A stretch of DNA of 64,000 nucleotides from Octopus sinensis (taxonomy: Eukaryota): NCBI RefSeq assembly GCF_006345805.1, contig NC_043000.1, positions 74,648,001 through 74,712,000 on the forward strand, in the 5' to 3' direction. Below, piece by piece: positions 33,690 through 47,400 of the stretch (positions are counted from its first letter, which is position 1; every line of letters begins with the position of its first letter). The notes under the pieces were generated by a model. That model searched no databases, was not told the origin of the DNA, and worked only from the letters and a program-made list of their open reading frames with translations. The position numbers and the translations under genes are program-made.

Positions 33690-35156
33690 ATCATCATCAT
33701 CATCGTTTAACGTCCGTTCTCCATGCTAGCATGGGTTGGACGGTTCGACCGGGGATCTGGAAAGCCAGAAGGCTGCACCAGGCTCCAGTCTTATCTGGCA
33801 GTGTTTCTACAGCTGGATGCCCTTCCTAATGCAACGGCCACGGTCGGATTGGTGTATTTTATGTGCCACCTGCACGGAAGCCAAACGAGGGGGTGCTGGC
33901 ATCGGCCACGAGTCGGATAGTGCTTTTTACGTACCACCAGACCAGGGATCCTGGCTGGTTCAATTCGATTTCGATTTCGTTTTCGCTTGCCCCAACATGT
34001 CTTCGCAAGCAAGGGGGTTGGCATGGGTGCCTGTCGTACGGTCAGATTGGTGTATTTTACGTGCCACCGGCACGGAAGCCAGTGGAGGCATCGGCCACGA
34101 GTCGGATAGTGCTTTTTACGTACCACCAGACCAGGGATCCTGGCTGGTACAATTCGATTTCGCTTGCCCCAACATGTCTTCGCAAGCAAGGGGGTTGGCA
34201 TGGGTGCCTGTCGTACGGTCAGATTGGTGTATTTTACGTGCCACCGGCACGGAAGCCAGTGGAGGCGGCGCTGGCATCGGCCACGAGTCGGATAGTGCTT
34301 TTTACGTACCACCAGACCAGGGATCCTGGCTGGTTCAATTCGATTTCGATTTCGCTTGCCCCAACATGTCTTCGCAAGCAAAGGGGGTTGGCATGGGTGC
34401 CTGTCGTCGGATGAGGTTCTATATCGACTTCGCTTGCCTCAACAGGTCTTTGTGTCCAAGGGAGGGAAGGCATTCATAAGTGGGCTGGGCTCACTTGTCC
34501 TGCCTGGTCTTCTCACGTACAGAATATTTCCAAAGGTCTCGGTCGCTGGTCATTTCCTCAGTGAGGCCTAAAGTTCGAAGGTCGTGCTTCACCACCTCGT
34601 CCCAGGTTTTCCTGGGTCTACCTCTTCCACGGGTTCCCTCAACTGCTAAGGATTGGCACTTTCTCACACACCTATCTTCATCCATTCTCGCCACATGACC
34701 ATACCAGCGCAATCGTCTCTCTTGCACACCACAACTGATGCCTCTTAGGTACAACATTTCTCTCAAGGTGCTAACGCTCTGTCGAGTATGTACACTGACA
34801 TTACACATCCATCGGAGCATACTGGCTTCATTCCTCACGAACTTACGCATGTCCTCGGCAGTCACGGCCCATGTTTCACTGCCATGTAGCATGGCTGTTC
34901 GTACACACGCATCATACAGTCTGCCTTTTACTCTGAGCGAGAGGCCTTTAGTCACCAGCAGAGGTAAGAGCTCCCTAAACTTTGCCCAGGCTATTCTTAT
35001 TCTAGCAGTTACACTTTCAGCGCACCCACCCCCACTACTGACTTGGTCACCTAGATAACGGAAGCTATCAACTACTTCTAGTTTTTCCCCCTGGAAAGTG
35101 ACGGAAGTTATTTTCTGCAGATTTTCGGAGGTTAATGCTCCAGAGCATCTGCCACA
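33690..35156 (-). mobile_element. RTE LINE 3' fragment (second subfamily) with higher-order repeat in 3'UTR
   Basis: (GAT)n tail; ORF 34491..35156 (LEVVDSFRYLG...RRLRWYGH..RGRGRPRKTW); three 177-198-bp units starting at about 33843, 34041 and 34218. Confidence 0.9.
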
Positions 35157-35199
35157 TATATATATATATAAGAAATTAAAAAAGAAAATATGCACACTT

Positions 35200-35975
35200 A
35201 CATGGTTTTAATATAATTTTTAATATATCGAATCGCTATTCATGATATGATGTTTAATTTATATGAATATATATTTTTTCTTAAGAAGAAATTTGGTCCA
35301 TGTTGTGTGTGTTGAAATTCACGAGTGAATGACTTCACAAGTAGACAAATAAAGGGAGGTAATTGGTTGTTATTATTATTATTGTTGTGTGTAAGGGAGG
35401 TAACTGTTCAGGTTTTGGTAATGGGTGGGGAATAAATATGTGTACAGAAAAGAGACAGGTTTTTAAAAAAAAGACCTTGTTTAGTAGGGGATTTATGTAC
35501 AGTAATGTAATATGTAAAAATATAAAAGTTGGTTATGTGTGCATATTAAGACGTGTTTTGTATTTTTCAATGAAAAGAGTTTATGTAAGTGTTCTAGTTG
35601 AGAGATTGCGTCTTTGCACTGGTAGAAAGGGAATATTGTGAAATTTGGTTTGATGTTACCTGCACATTTTTCTATGTGTTCACTGAGAGGAATTTGTCTT
35701 TATTGCGGGGAAACGGATTCACTCCTTATGCGGAGTGATTCTCTTTCTCAAAGTTAAACTCATTTGTCCAATGTACTGATGACCGCAACCCGAGCAGGTT
35801 ATTACATAAATTAGGTTCTCAGAGGCACAGGTGAAACTAGTTTTAATTGTGAACCTCTGTCTTTGTTTGAAAAGGAAATCCGAGCCTTCAAGCAGGTTGG
35901 GGCAGGTTCCACAGTTCAGGCGTTCACATTTTTCAATCGTTGGTTTTGTCGTTGTTTTGTAAAGCTTTGCATTTG
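35200..35975 (-). mobile_element. Penelope-like GIY-YIG fragment, same family as 19864-21600
   Basis: High similarity by eye to 19930-20680 (NLM*..CSGC..QYIGQM; gaacctctgtctttgtttgaaaaggaaatcc). Confidence 0.85.
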
Positions 35976-35991
35976 TTAGTATATATATATT

Positions 35992-36378
35992 CTAGCAGTA
36001 TCGCCCGGCGTTGCTCGGGTTTGTTTCGACCCGCTGGAATTGGAATTTTTGAAAAGTAAAAATTTTGCATTATGTAGCTTGTTACTCTCTTCAAGTGAAC
36101 ATTTTTCTGGTTGAAATACACCGAAAAGTGGCAACACAGCAGTGAAAAAATCGTAAAAAATAGGTATTTTCATAGAAAAAAGCACCTTTTTAATGTAAAT
36201 AATTTTTGGTATTAACATGGTCCGATTTGAATTTTATCTTCTACGGAAGGAAGAGCAACCCTTCTTCTACCATACTCTCAATTTTGGTCAACTTGCGCCA
36301 TAGGGTCTCGGAGGAGATAGTGTTAGTTGAAGGCTACCAAACCTGCTGCACACAGACAACTTCAGCTTTATATAGAGA
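35992..36378 (-). mobile_element. Complete non-autonomous Helitron (~387 bp)
   Basis: Minus strand starts A|TCTCTATATAAAG and ends with hairpin CCCGAGCAACGCCGGG plus CTAG. Confidence 0.75.
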
Positions 36379-36952
36379 TAACACACATATTAATATACAC
36401 ACACACACACACATGTATGTATATATATATATGTACATCTGTCCACTTCTTGCCATATTTTTATCCTTCACTTCCTAACACACACACACACACCTTCTTA
36501 GCTTACAATTTCTTTCTTTCAACAATTGATGACTGAAGTACGCTCGCCAATGAATACTACGAAAAGTTAGTGACAGATCTGTTTCCTTTTTTTTTTTTTT
36601 TTTTGAGGATTGGTTTAAGCATTAATAAGAGAAAGTAGCAGAATGTGTGATGTTGAATAAGAGTTGCAGAAAGAGGATATGATAGTGGTATACACTTGCA
36701 AAGAGAAAGTAGGAGAAAGTGTGGTAATAGCAGGAGTAAAGCATTTGAAATGAGAGAGACAAATCGTAAAATATTGAGTTTTCTCGAATTTTTGCTTAAT
36801 TGGGGGTGAAATTGAAAAAAATGTATATGCCATGACCCAATCGAATCTACTTCGAAAATCATAGGTAAATTCCAATTGAAGAAATTCTATATGGTACAAT
36901 TGTATTAAAAACAAACATAGTCAGAGGCAGAGAAAATCTGCCTTTTATCATA

Positions 36953-37003
<51 letters not shown>

Positions 37004-37067
37004 TTACTTGGAGGAGATGAAACGAAACGAAACGAATCGAATCGGCGCAAGGGCGCTCAGTCATACA

Positions 37068-37855
37068 ATAGTGTAATAAATAAAATATATGCATACATAC
37101 ATACATATATGTACGTACCTACATCTACATGTATATATACATGCATATATAAATATATATATGTGAGTACAGGACACCACAAATAGACGTGGAACTCAAT
37201 GAGAAACGAAAACGTAAAAACAAACATGGAAACGGACCTTTTTTAACAACGAAAAAACAGAGTACAAGACAAACTACACAAGGAAAATTCCCCTTCATCA
37301 GCTGTCCCTAGAACACATGTCCTTCCAGCGCTCTTAAGAATCTTTCCTCGTCTAGGCCAAAATAAGGCCCTCAGTGTTTGTTTTCTTGTTTGTTTTTATT
37401 TCTTGCGCTGTATTTTTTGTAATTGTATTTTTATTTTATATTTTATTTTGTATTTTATTTTGTAATTTTATTTGTATCGTTTTTACGTCCTGTTTTTGTC
37501 ACATTTTTTTCTTTCCTTGTTTTTACCCCTCTGCGAAGTAATTTTATTTAATTCTTTCGCAGGAAGGGTTAGTTCGATGAGTCGTGTTCTGTCCTCACCT
37601 TCGAAACACGCTGGAGTTGAACTAGGGACAGCTGATGAAGGGGATTTTTCCTTGTGTAGTTTGTCTTGTACTCTGTTTTTTCGTTGTTAAAAAAGGTCCG
37701 TTTCCATGTTTGTTTTTACGTTTTCGTTTCTCGTTGAGTTCCACGTCTATTTGTAGTGTCCTGTACTCATGTATATATATTTATATATGCATGTATATAT
37801 ACATGTAGATGTAGGTACGTACATATATGTATGTATGCATATATTTTATTTATTA

Positions 37856-37861
<6 letters not shown>
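37068..37861. repeat. Long inverted repeat: arms 37068-37311 and 37622-37861, 310-bp spacer
   Basis: The arms are reverse complements with only a few substitutions or indels and include a CTGATGAAGGGG hammerhead-like half-site. Confidence 0.9.
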
Positions 37862-37893
<32 letters not shown>

Positions 37894-38482
37894 CCACACA
37901 CAGGTAGGTAAATGGATATGTAAGTAAACAGATAGATAGGTACATAGGTAGTATGGACAGACAAGCACACACACACGCATGTGGGGACACACATCCATGT
38001 ATAACAGATGCATGTACATCATCATAGAAACCCATACACATTGACACTCATACACAAGGAGGTACACACAAACATGCACACACATGAATATGCAGAATAT
38101 ATACATACATATGTATGTATACACATGCATACATATATGCATATACATACATGTGCACACACAAGCACACATGCATGCTGAGCACACACATGCCCACAAA
38201 CAGACAAAAAAGAATGCAGTTCCAATAATGGACAGGTTGCAAAAGGCATCAAAAATTTTGGAAGAAAAAATATAAATAATGAGTGGAAATTGAACTGGTG
38301 AGTGTGTTAGATAATAAGGCATTAAGACAATATAACTCTCCAAACACAACATTATTTACAAGTGATTCATCAGTATTAATATCTTGCCCTGATTTACAAT
38401 TCTCATTTCTTTTTTCTTCATTTAGTTTTTCTATGTCTAAGATCAAGCCTTTAGAGGCACATAACATTGACCAACTCACCAG

Positions 38483-38830
38483 TGAAAAATACAAGCCCAA
38501 ACTTAACCATTCCAACATTCTTATACAGAGAAACTCGCTCCAAAAGAAAGGCAAGAAATATTAAGCGATTATCTCCCTTACACTGGAAGAAATCACTTAT
38601 TACCTCTCCTTATCTGGAACTCTCTTTCACTCTCCTTTACACTTCTCAACGTAAACATAACGATGTAAGAAATTTGAAAAGCTGAACGCGAAACCGGTCT
38701 TTCTTCAAAAACTATGTCATTGTATGAAAAAAATTTATAACATTCTTCAGACATAATGACTCAAATATATATTTTTTAACCTTTTAAAACAAGCCTTCTG
38801 TAGTTTTTTCACTTTTTACTATTTTATATA
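38483..38830 (+). repeat. Near-identical direct copy of Penelope 3' end at 33301-33650
   Basis: tgaaaaatacaagcccaaacttaacc...ttttaaaacaagccttctgtag occurs in both, with few differences. Confidence 0.9.
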
Positions 38831-38879
38831 TATATATATATATATATATTCTACGTGTATTCCCTATTTAGTACAGGGG

Positions 38880-39580
38880 ACATTTCATTTATGAGGATGT
38901 ATGCCTGTATTTGTGTGAGTGGTGGATCCTTCAGCTGCTTGGATAAAATGCCTATGTCAGGTCAGCCAAGTGTGCCTCCATGTTGGCCTTTGGCATGTTG
39001 GTAGAGTTTTGTAATCTCCCCACAATACTTCTAGATGTTTTGCCAATGTATGCTATATTCTTGTCTTCACAAACACTTTCTATGCACCTTATGCTGTAGA
39101 CATTTCTAGTTCTACAGTTAATGCCAGGGTTAATTTGTCAACCCAGTACCATGTGTTTACTTTGTTTGCTTTGTCACAAACTCTCTGTCTTTACCATTGT
39201 ATCTTGTGTGGGTACCACCAGCTTCATTACATATAATGCTATCTAACTTCTTTCTCGCTCTCCTGTATACAGGAATCCTCTCTTTCTGGTCATATCCAGA
39301 GAATTGCATATGGTGCATGAAGTTCTGTACGTTTTCTTGTTTCATTGGGTTCGCATAGGGGGGACATGTTATTCATTATCCTAACTAAGTCTACTAACAG
39401 TATTTTCATTTTCATATAGTATGACAAAGCTGAGTTCCTGTGAAAAACATATTTAGAAGCTATGGGTTTCATGTAATTGGAGTTGAGGAGCCGCACTCTG
39501 TTGTTTACAGTGTCAAACGGAAGTTCACTATCAAGGACAGGGAGTCTATTGTTAAGGTGCCTAGTGGGGCAATCTATATT
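38880..39580 (-). mobile_element. Penelope-like fragment of a different family (RT thumb + GIY-YIG)
   Basis: LPVLDSEL...YMKPIASKYVFHRNSALS, MQFSGYDQKER, NVYSIRC...IAYIGKTSRS. Confidence 0.7.
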
Positions 39581-42130
39581 ATTAACTGTCTTTAGTAAAT
39601 TTTCTAAGCTGCTCTGTAAATACTTTACTAGACTTTTTATTTCTATCTGTACACATTCTTCTACTGCTATTAAGCCTCTTCCACCCTGGTCTTTCCTCAA
39701 GTACAGCCAGTTGATATCAGCTTTTGGATGGTGGGCTCCATACATCATCAGCAACTTCCTAGTTTTTCTGTCAAGTTTCTTTCTATCATTTCTGGTCCAG
39801 TCTATAATTCTAACTCCATATCTGATTAAGGATACTGCTCTTGAATTTATTGCTTCAATAAGATTTTTGGAATTCAGCTTTGACTACGATAATTTTCTGA
39901 CTCTCCTTGTGTACGCACTACTGGTAATTTGTTTCATTTCTTCATACTGCTTCCAGCATTCCCAAGTACTTATACCATTGTTCTTTCTCAGCTGATCTCA
40001 TTGTTTGACCACTTGATATTTCAATTCCCTGGCTTCTTTCAAATCTTCCTTCTTTCATTTTCAATATAGCGCATAATTCTATCCCAAATTCTATACCTCC
40101 GTTATTTGAGAAAATATGAATTATATGTAGAAGACTTTCAAGCTGTTTCTCATTTTTTGCATAAACCTTTATATCATCCATGAAATGGAGATGATTTATA
40201 TGTCTGTTTCCATTTCCCAAATCTTAAGCAATTTTAACATTTCATAGTATCCTAGTGAGCAGTGTCATGGCCAAATACAAACAGTAATGGAGATAAGCTG
40301 CCACCATGGAATATTCCATGTCTAATGTTCACTTTTCTAAGTATTTGTTTTCCTCCGATCACTTCAGTATTCCAATGTCTCATACTTTCATTAAGCATTT
40401 TCTCCATGTTTTTTACTATTCCAAACATGCTTATTGTTTTATTTATCCAATTGTGTGGTATCATGTCATATGCATTTTTTGTAATCTGGCCATGCTACAT
40501 TCAGTCCCGTCAGTCTGCTTCTACAATTTCTAATTATCATATTATCAACTAATAAGCGATCTTTTGTTGCCCTACTTTGTTTTCTGCATCCTTTCTGTTC
40601 TTCCGCAAGTAAATAGTTACTTTCCAGATGGTTGTATAACTCCTCCGCCAAGACACTGGTTATAAGCTTCAACATTAGTGGTAAACAGGTTATAGGTCGA
40701 AAATTTGATTCCATGTTCCCTTTCAAGGGATTCTTGAAGCATAGCATTTATCTACTTGTCATCCTGTCACTTTTTGTGTCAATTCTTCATGTACCATTTG
40801 ATTTCTCATTTCTTCTGACTTGTACTGTCCTTTCAATTTTCTGATTACTACCTTATTCTTGAGCTCTCCTCTCATTATCCTATTCAATTGCCCCAGTTCT
40901 TTCCATGTCTTTTCCAATTTCATTCTCTTCCTCTTGGTTCTTTCGTTTCATTTGCTTCAATTTTTTTGCTTGTAGCCTACTATGTTAGCTACGACATTAG
41001 CAGTAGCTATGATTAGCTGATATGTTTTACTGATGTTATCTGTTTTAATTGAGTTTAAAACGTCTTTTACTTTGCCTGTGGCTTTCCTCACTTGTTTTCT
41101 GTCCATATATCTTATATTTGGTAGTACTTCATTGTTCCCATCAAACATTTTACCTCGCAACATTTCTAAAATCTCCTCCTCATCATTCAAGTCTTGTGCT
41201 GTACTTACTGTCCCTTGTCCATCTAGATCATCTTCATTATTTACTTTATCACTATTCTCTGGTACTCTGCAGTTTCCATCTGTTTCATGTTCATCTCTTA
41301 CCTTTTCATTACCACTTTCTGCTACTGCTGTTTCACTCTCCTTATGCTCTTTTTTATTATGTTCCTCTGAATTTCTTCAATCTCTACTCCCGTAATCCAG
41401 TTGTTCCTACAGATTGCTCTTGCTTGGTCTATCAGTCACTTTTTATTCTATATTCTCTTCATTTGATTCATGAAGCCTCTTTTATTTGGCTCACTTCTCA
41501 GCCAGCATTCTGTTACTATTTTGTTTACATCTTTTTCCCATTTCATTCTTTTTCTTTTGTGCTTTTGATTGCAATTTTAGTGGTGATCAATAGCTTGATG
41601 ACAACCTGCTAGAGCTTGATCAGATACTCCCTGCCTGCTATGTGCAACACCTTCACTGTTAACAATTCTAGTCCTGTTAGCACAGTTGTGGTTATTATTC
41701 AATTTTGACATCACTCATTTAAGGGAGCCATTTGTAAGGTTGTGCAATCACCAATATATCATGACACCATCACTAGGTGGGTTGGAAGCCAAGGCTCTGA
41801 GAGTGCATACCTGTTCTTGTGTACACTGTTTTTAGTACCAGTCTCATTCAATCTATTGTTTTATATCTTTGTATTTGACATTTTCACGCTTGAGAATTTT
41901 AGTGTTGAGGTTACATAACCATCAGTTTTTATTGAGTCACTTTCTCAAGATAGGTAGCTGACCAAGGCTAAAGGGACTCCTCCTCTCATTAGACAGGCTT
42001 AATCCCCCCTTCCCCAATACCAACCTGGTATTTCCAGGTCTCGGGCTGGGGTTACAAGTACTACACTTTGCCCAACGGTGACCTGAAGGTAGTTATGGTT
42101 CTTCCTGTGTCGTGATGCCACAACCGGATA
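39580..42130 (-). mobile_element. Dong/R4-clade non-LTR retrotransposon, 3'-truncated and degraded
   Basis: NFRPITCLP, EEQKGC, AWPDYKK, GIFHGGSLSPLLF, INHLHFMDDIK, YKYLG and HPKADINWLYL...GGRGL. The 5' side abuts a degenerate (AAC/AAT)n tract at about 42130-42370. Confidence 0.8.
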
Positions 42131-43149
42131 CACTTTCATACCATACCCAGGGTGTGTTATCATTAGTATTATTATCATTTGCTTGTATTGTTGGTGGTGG
42201 GGGTGGTAGCACTGTTGTAATCTGTTGTTCTCTTTGATTATTTCCTGTAGCCGTGGTGGCTCTGTACCATCATTGCTCTTCTGTCTCTGATTGTTTCTGT
42301 TGTTTTTGTGTTGGTTTTCATTCTTGTAGTTAACTGTATTGGTGGGATGGTTTTTGTCATTGATTTGGAGCACTTTCTATGGCTGTCCAAAATGGAGTGC
42401 TAATGTTCATCCTCTTCAACATGCTGTTATTACCTATTTGGAGGAGATATTCTGTGGAGTGGGGGCTGCTGGAGGGATTTCAGGTTTGGTCTGTTAGGGG
42501 GTTAGATTGGCCGTCTAGCCATAAATGTGCACTGGAGCATTATTCTCATGGCCATTTAGACTGCTTGGTTTGTTTTCAAATAACTTGGCTGGTCAAGAGG
42601 AAGCTCCTGGTAGCAGATAGGGTGTGGATGGTGTCTAGCGATAAGATGTGGAAGACAAGGTAAAGTTTGTCAAGAAATTAAATTTGAGGAGGGGAAAATT
42701 AAATTCAAATCTGAATTTATGACACCGGATAAAATTTTCATAGATATATCCAATATATTCATACATATATCTGTGTATTATGATGTTAAGATTATAGCTT
42801 ATGATATTTTTCTCTGGGATATCCTGGAATGTAAATAAACACCCTACTTCTTTTTAGTAGCATTTATTATCATCATCATCATCATTAACAGCCTTTTATT
42901 CCACATGAGACAAACAAAGCCCTCAATATCCTTCTCACTACTTCCTATTGCTTCATCTGTTCAGTTCCTCTTCTTCTTCCAATAATTCAGGATGGATTAT
43001 TTCCCTTATACTGTTAAGAATTTGTCCTCCTTTTTCACTTTTCTCTTGATGGGTGACTGGCAGTTGTCATGTTATGCTAGTACCAAGCTTTCAAGAAAAA
43101 GGAAGAATATTGCTTTAACAATTATATTCTTTAGGTTTTGATGTAGACC

Positions 43150-44112
43150 CAAGAATTTTAAAGGATGGTGCCCCTTTCCATGCCAGGGAGGCAGGAATCT
43201 GCATCTGTTGAAATAATTGAGATATTTGCAATTTCCTTTTTGCCTGTCTTTTCTGTTAGGATGGCCACCATCTCTATATAAAGTCTTTTGTCTAAACTTT
43301 TAGTGGTTGAGTATATTGTATCATAAAGACAAGAACTGTCCGTCTTGCAAGCTCTTTTAATGTTTTCAATTTTATCCTCTAAATGTAGCAATTCTAATAA
43401 AAAATTTTCATTAAAAAATAATACTTCTGCCATGGCAACTATTTATTTCCAAGATTCCTGCAGCTAGAGTACTTTTAACAGATATTCTAATACATTTAGA
43501 TTGCTAAGCGATAGACATGTAACTATTGTTGTCACCAACCAGAAAGCTAATATAACCTCTTTGTGATCCCCCATCTGTGAACGAAGCATCACTATATATT
43601 AGTGAACGAAGCATCACTATATGCCACTAACTGTAAACAATCAAAATTTCCTAATTCTGGAATAACTTGGTGAGACTTTTCTTTGCTTTCGTCACTAATA
43701 GACTCCATGTTTTAGAATAGAGCTTAACTCACTGACATCATAGTTCAAATCTTGTCTAGTTAGTGTGACTAACCAATTTAGTTGACTTATCAGTTGCCTA
43801 ACTTCTGCAATCTTTCTTGCTAATATTTTATCTTTTAAATTACTATTATTTTCTATTGAAATATATTTCGATTTCTATATATATTCATCTTGTCCAAATT
43901 TAATTTTCTGTCCATTCGTTTTAGTATCTAATCATGTATATTGGAACTCTGCTATTTCTTCATCTATAACTTGGGTCTGAGAGATCTTTGAACCTGAAAA
44001 ACGGACATCATTCACATGTGTAGCAATGATACCATGCAGTTTGTTTCCACAATACCATATTTTGATATTTTGCCTGATTATATTTTGAAGCTATTGCTTC
44101 TAACTTCATTAA
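43150..44112 (-). mobile_element. Ty1/copia (GalEa-like) RT C-terminus and RNase H remnant
   Basis: LHGIIATHVNDV (degenerate HVDD), RQLISQLNWLVTLTRQDL, QSKCIRISVKSTLAA and KTDSSCLYDTIYST..DKRLYIEM. Continues past the piggyBac at 47859. Confidence 0.75.
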
Positions 44113-44217
44113 CCCTTTTATTACTATATTTCTATGTGTTTCAATTAATTTTTAACATAATCATAAATTTAGTTTGGTTTCATTAAACAACTCTAACTTT
44201 TTTATTTACCAACATAT

Positions 44218-45279
44218 TGTTGTGAGTTCAATTTAAGGACAGTTGATTGCGACCTACTTTTGGGATAAACCGATTGTTCTGTCGGATTCATGAAGGAGTA
44301 ATGAGCTTTCAGGGGACCTTTGGCCTTGTGCCGGTCAAGGAAAGTTCGTTGTAAACACCCCTTAAAAAGGAGGAACTTTGAGCTGTAAACACAGTCGGCT
44401 GGAAACTCTGCGAGAGGCAAGTCAGTCGAGGACAGAGCAAGTTGTTTCTGCTGTGAGAGATGAAAAGGCAGTTGGCAGTTGGGATTTAGCAGTGGCTGTT
44501 CTGCTGTGACAGTGTACTGAAAGAGGAAGACAGTCACGAGAGTATGACAGTAGAGTGAGAGGATGAGGGGTTGAGGAAGACATACAATAGGATTAAGCAG
44601 CTAATAGAGATGGACTACGGTATGTGTTTAATTATGTTTTGATATGTGAAGAAAAAGAAGGAAAGAGTTGTGGTATTTATGTTCAGAATTGTTGTGGAAA
44701 AGAAAGAACAGTGCTAAAAGGCTGGAAAAGAAATGTATAAAGACATTATGTTAAAGAATCGAACATTGTGAATTATGTAAAAAGAATTGTATTGATACGT
44801 GTTACAAAAAAAGGAGAAAGAAGAAAGAGAGAAAAAAAAAGACTCTGATATAGTCTTTAAAGACTGAAAAGAACTCTGAACTGTATCGTTAATGTGTACG
44901 TTAATTGTAACGTGAATTATTTGTGACATGAATATTGTATAATGTATTGATTTGTTGTTTTCTTTAAATGCTGTTGTTATATTGCATCTGCATGCTGTTG
45001 ATTCTGTTGCTTGTATTTACCTGATGTATCACATTGTATTTGTTGTAATAGTCATATAAACTAGTAGGTTAAATGTAAGCCGATTGCCTCTGTGTGTCTC
45101 TCTCTGTGTCTCTTCCTGCTGCTGTTGTTGTTGTTATCTCTCTCCTCTCTGAGTTCCGTGGCGAACTTTCCCGATCGATCGAGCCTGGTCAATCGTCATC
45201 GCTCGACTTGTTGGGATCCCGGGTTCGAGTTCGAGCGACGGCAGGTGGGATTCCGTAACAACTTTGGGATTCCGTAACA
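44218..45279. mobile_element. Solo LTR (Ty3/gypsy-like, 1062 bp)
   Basis: TGTT...AACA termini, a perfect 4-bp ATAT target duplication (44214-44217, 45280-45283), and a terminal tandem duplication of gggattccgtaaca. Confidence 0.75.
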
Positions 45280-45859
45280 ATATTAATGTGATTTTTGGAA
45301 GATAATTTAACGAAAGGTTCTCAACCAATTCTGTACCATAATTTTTGTCACAAAGTGACTCTAATTACAGGTAAACACAGGTAAATTCAACAAAATATAA
45401 AATTATTTAAATTTTTGTTCAAACATTGCTATAGAAAATGTGTTATTAGCTAATATTCAATTGGGTATACAACAAAATTTTACTATAGAAGAGTTGTGCA
45501 CATTACTGGATTCATCATGTGAATTAAAACACGAAAGACAGGTGTACCATAAATATATAAGTAAAACAAAAGACTGGAATTTGTCTGTGAAGAAAACTAG
45601 AAAACAAAATACACACACACACCATCAACTAGATTAAACAAGCTCTCCTACATACATAGATACACAGATACAATAATGTATAGATACATACATAAATACA
45701 ATAATAATTTACAAAAGAAATTAATCAAAATTTGTCACTCATCTTACAGGTAAATTAAAATAAGTAAATTAAAATTACACATAAAGAAAAAGAAAAACGA
45801 AGTAAATTTGAAAATATTTATAAAATCAAATCACACATATATACAAATCAAACAATATT

Positions 45860-47400
45860 CCTATCATGAAAACTTGTAAAGCACCCTGCTCTACATTATG
45901 CAACCTTGCAGAATGCACATTGGAAAGTTGTTTCAACAGCCCATCCACTAAGAGCTTTCCTTTTTTGATGAAGGCATTAACAACACTGCTTTTTGCGACC
46001 CTCAATTTTTTTCTAATTTATGGAGATCGGCTGAATTCAGATGGATATCCCTCTGGCAGGCTTTGCTTTTTTCTCCCTACAATTATTTTTTTTGAGGAAT
46101 AACCAGCTCTTAGTTGTGTTGCTATATCTGCTTGGAACTGCAGATGGTTGCATCGCTTTTAAGCCGGTCCCGATTTGATATATATTATAAACGCATTAGT
46201 AATACTCATGTTTACTATATACCAAACCAGGTATCGCCACCATTTATTCCCCAGTCTGCCAACTGGATAGTAAGACATCATCTGATTCAGCCGATCTGCA
46301 CCACCCATGTACCTGTTATAATCAAGGTTCACAAATGGCATGCCATTTTCATCCACATGTGGCCGTGCACAGGTGAACAGAAAATTGATCTGCCTCTTAT
46401 CTCTGTATGCGGTCGCTAGCAAATTTCCTTTCTGCCGTTGAATTATTTCACCTTTTTTTTTTAAATTTTGCCTTTTTTATATCCAACGGCAGTCCTTTTC
46501 TACTAGCGATCATTGTAGCGCATGTATGTGTTGCCACAGTATCTAAATTCCTCCGCAAGTTTAACTGAACTGAAAAATTGGTCAAAAAAATAATATACGG
46601 CCCTGATTATGGTATGGAAGTGATAAATTCAAGACCACATCATACCCTAGACCATGCTGACTTACATAATTGTCTCTTTCTCCAGTATAAAATTCAAATC
46701 CTGAGCAGTACCCAGCATTTGATTCACAAATCTTCCAAACTTTGATCCCCCATTTTGTGTGCTTTCCTGGCATATACTGTCGAAAACACACTCAGCCTTT
46801 ATAGCCTACCCTACCCTCATCAGCAGATAAATATCTCCCTGGTTTATAAACTGTTTTATGTGTTTTGAACAGTCAATGAGGGGTCTTATTTTAAATAAGG
46901 AATCAAAGTCTGGTTCTTCACATACTAGGGTACTGCTTGTGTCTCTTATATGTAAATACTGAGTCAATTTCAAAAATCGTGTCCTTGTCATTATACTCGA
47001 GACATATTCGTCTCCAAAGGGCTCATTGCTAAACCAAATTATTTTGTTGTTCTGGGTAACTTTCTAATGCACATAATAATATTTATGGCAAAATATGCCT
47101 TAATTTCATTTAAGCTTGTGGGAAACCACAAACTATCCTTTTTTACATTTTCCGCCATAATTATTTCAAATAAGCTCATAGGAGAAAGTAAAAAGAAATA
47201 GTCTAACACTTTACTCTCTTGGGAAAGACTGTGACTTGGTCCAGTTTCTTCAGAAAAATCACTGAAAGAAACAGTTTTAAAATTTTTACTCCATTCGGGT
47301 GCCAATTCATTTTCGCTGTCATCGGAGCTTTCAGATTCACTGCTTTCACTTTCGGAAAATTACACATCAGATTCATTATCAAATACCACATGCTTTTTTT
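45860..47400 (-). pseudogene. PGBD4-like piggyBac transposase, fragmented
   Basis: MTRTRFLKLTQYLH, FRQYMPGKHTKWGIKVWKIC, DYNRYMGGADRLNQ...KWWR, and C-terminal cysteine-rich CAFC...C...CF. Multiple stops and frameshifts. Confidence 0.9.

Noticed and set aside
45195-45260. B-box-like GGTTCGAG suggesting a tRNA or SINE
   Set aside because: It lies inside the TSD-bounded solo LTR, with no A box or cloverleaf.
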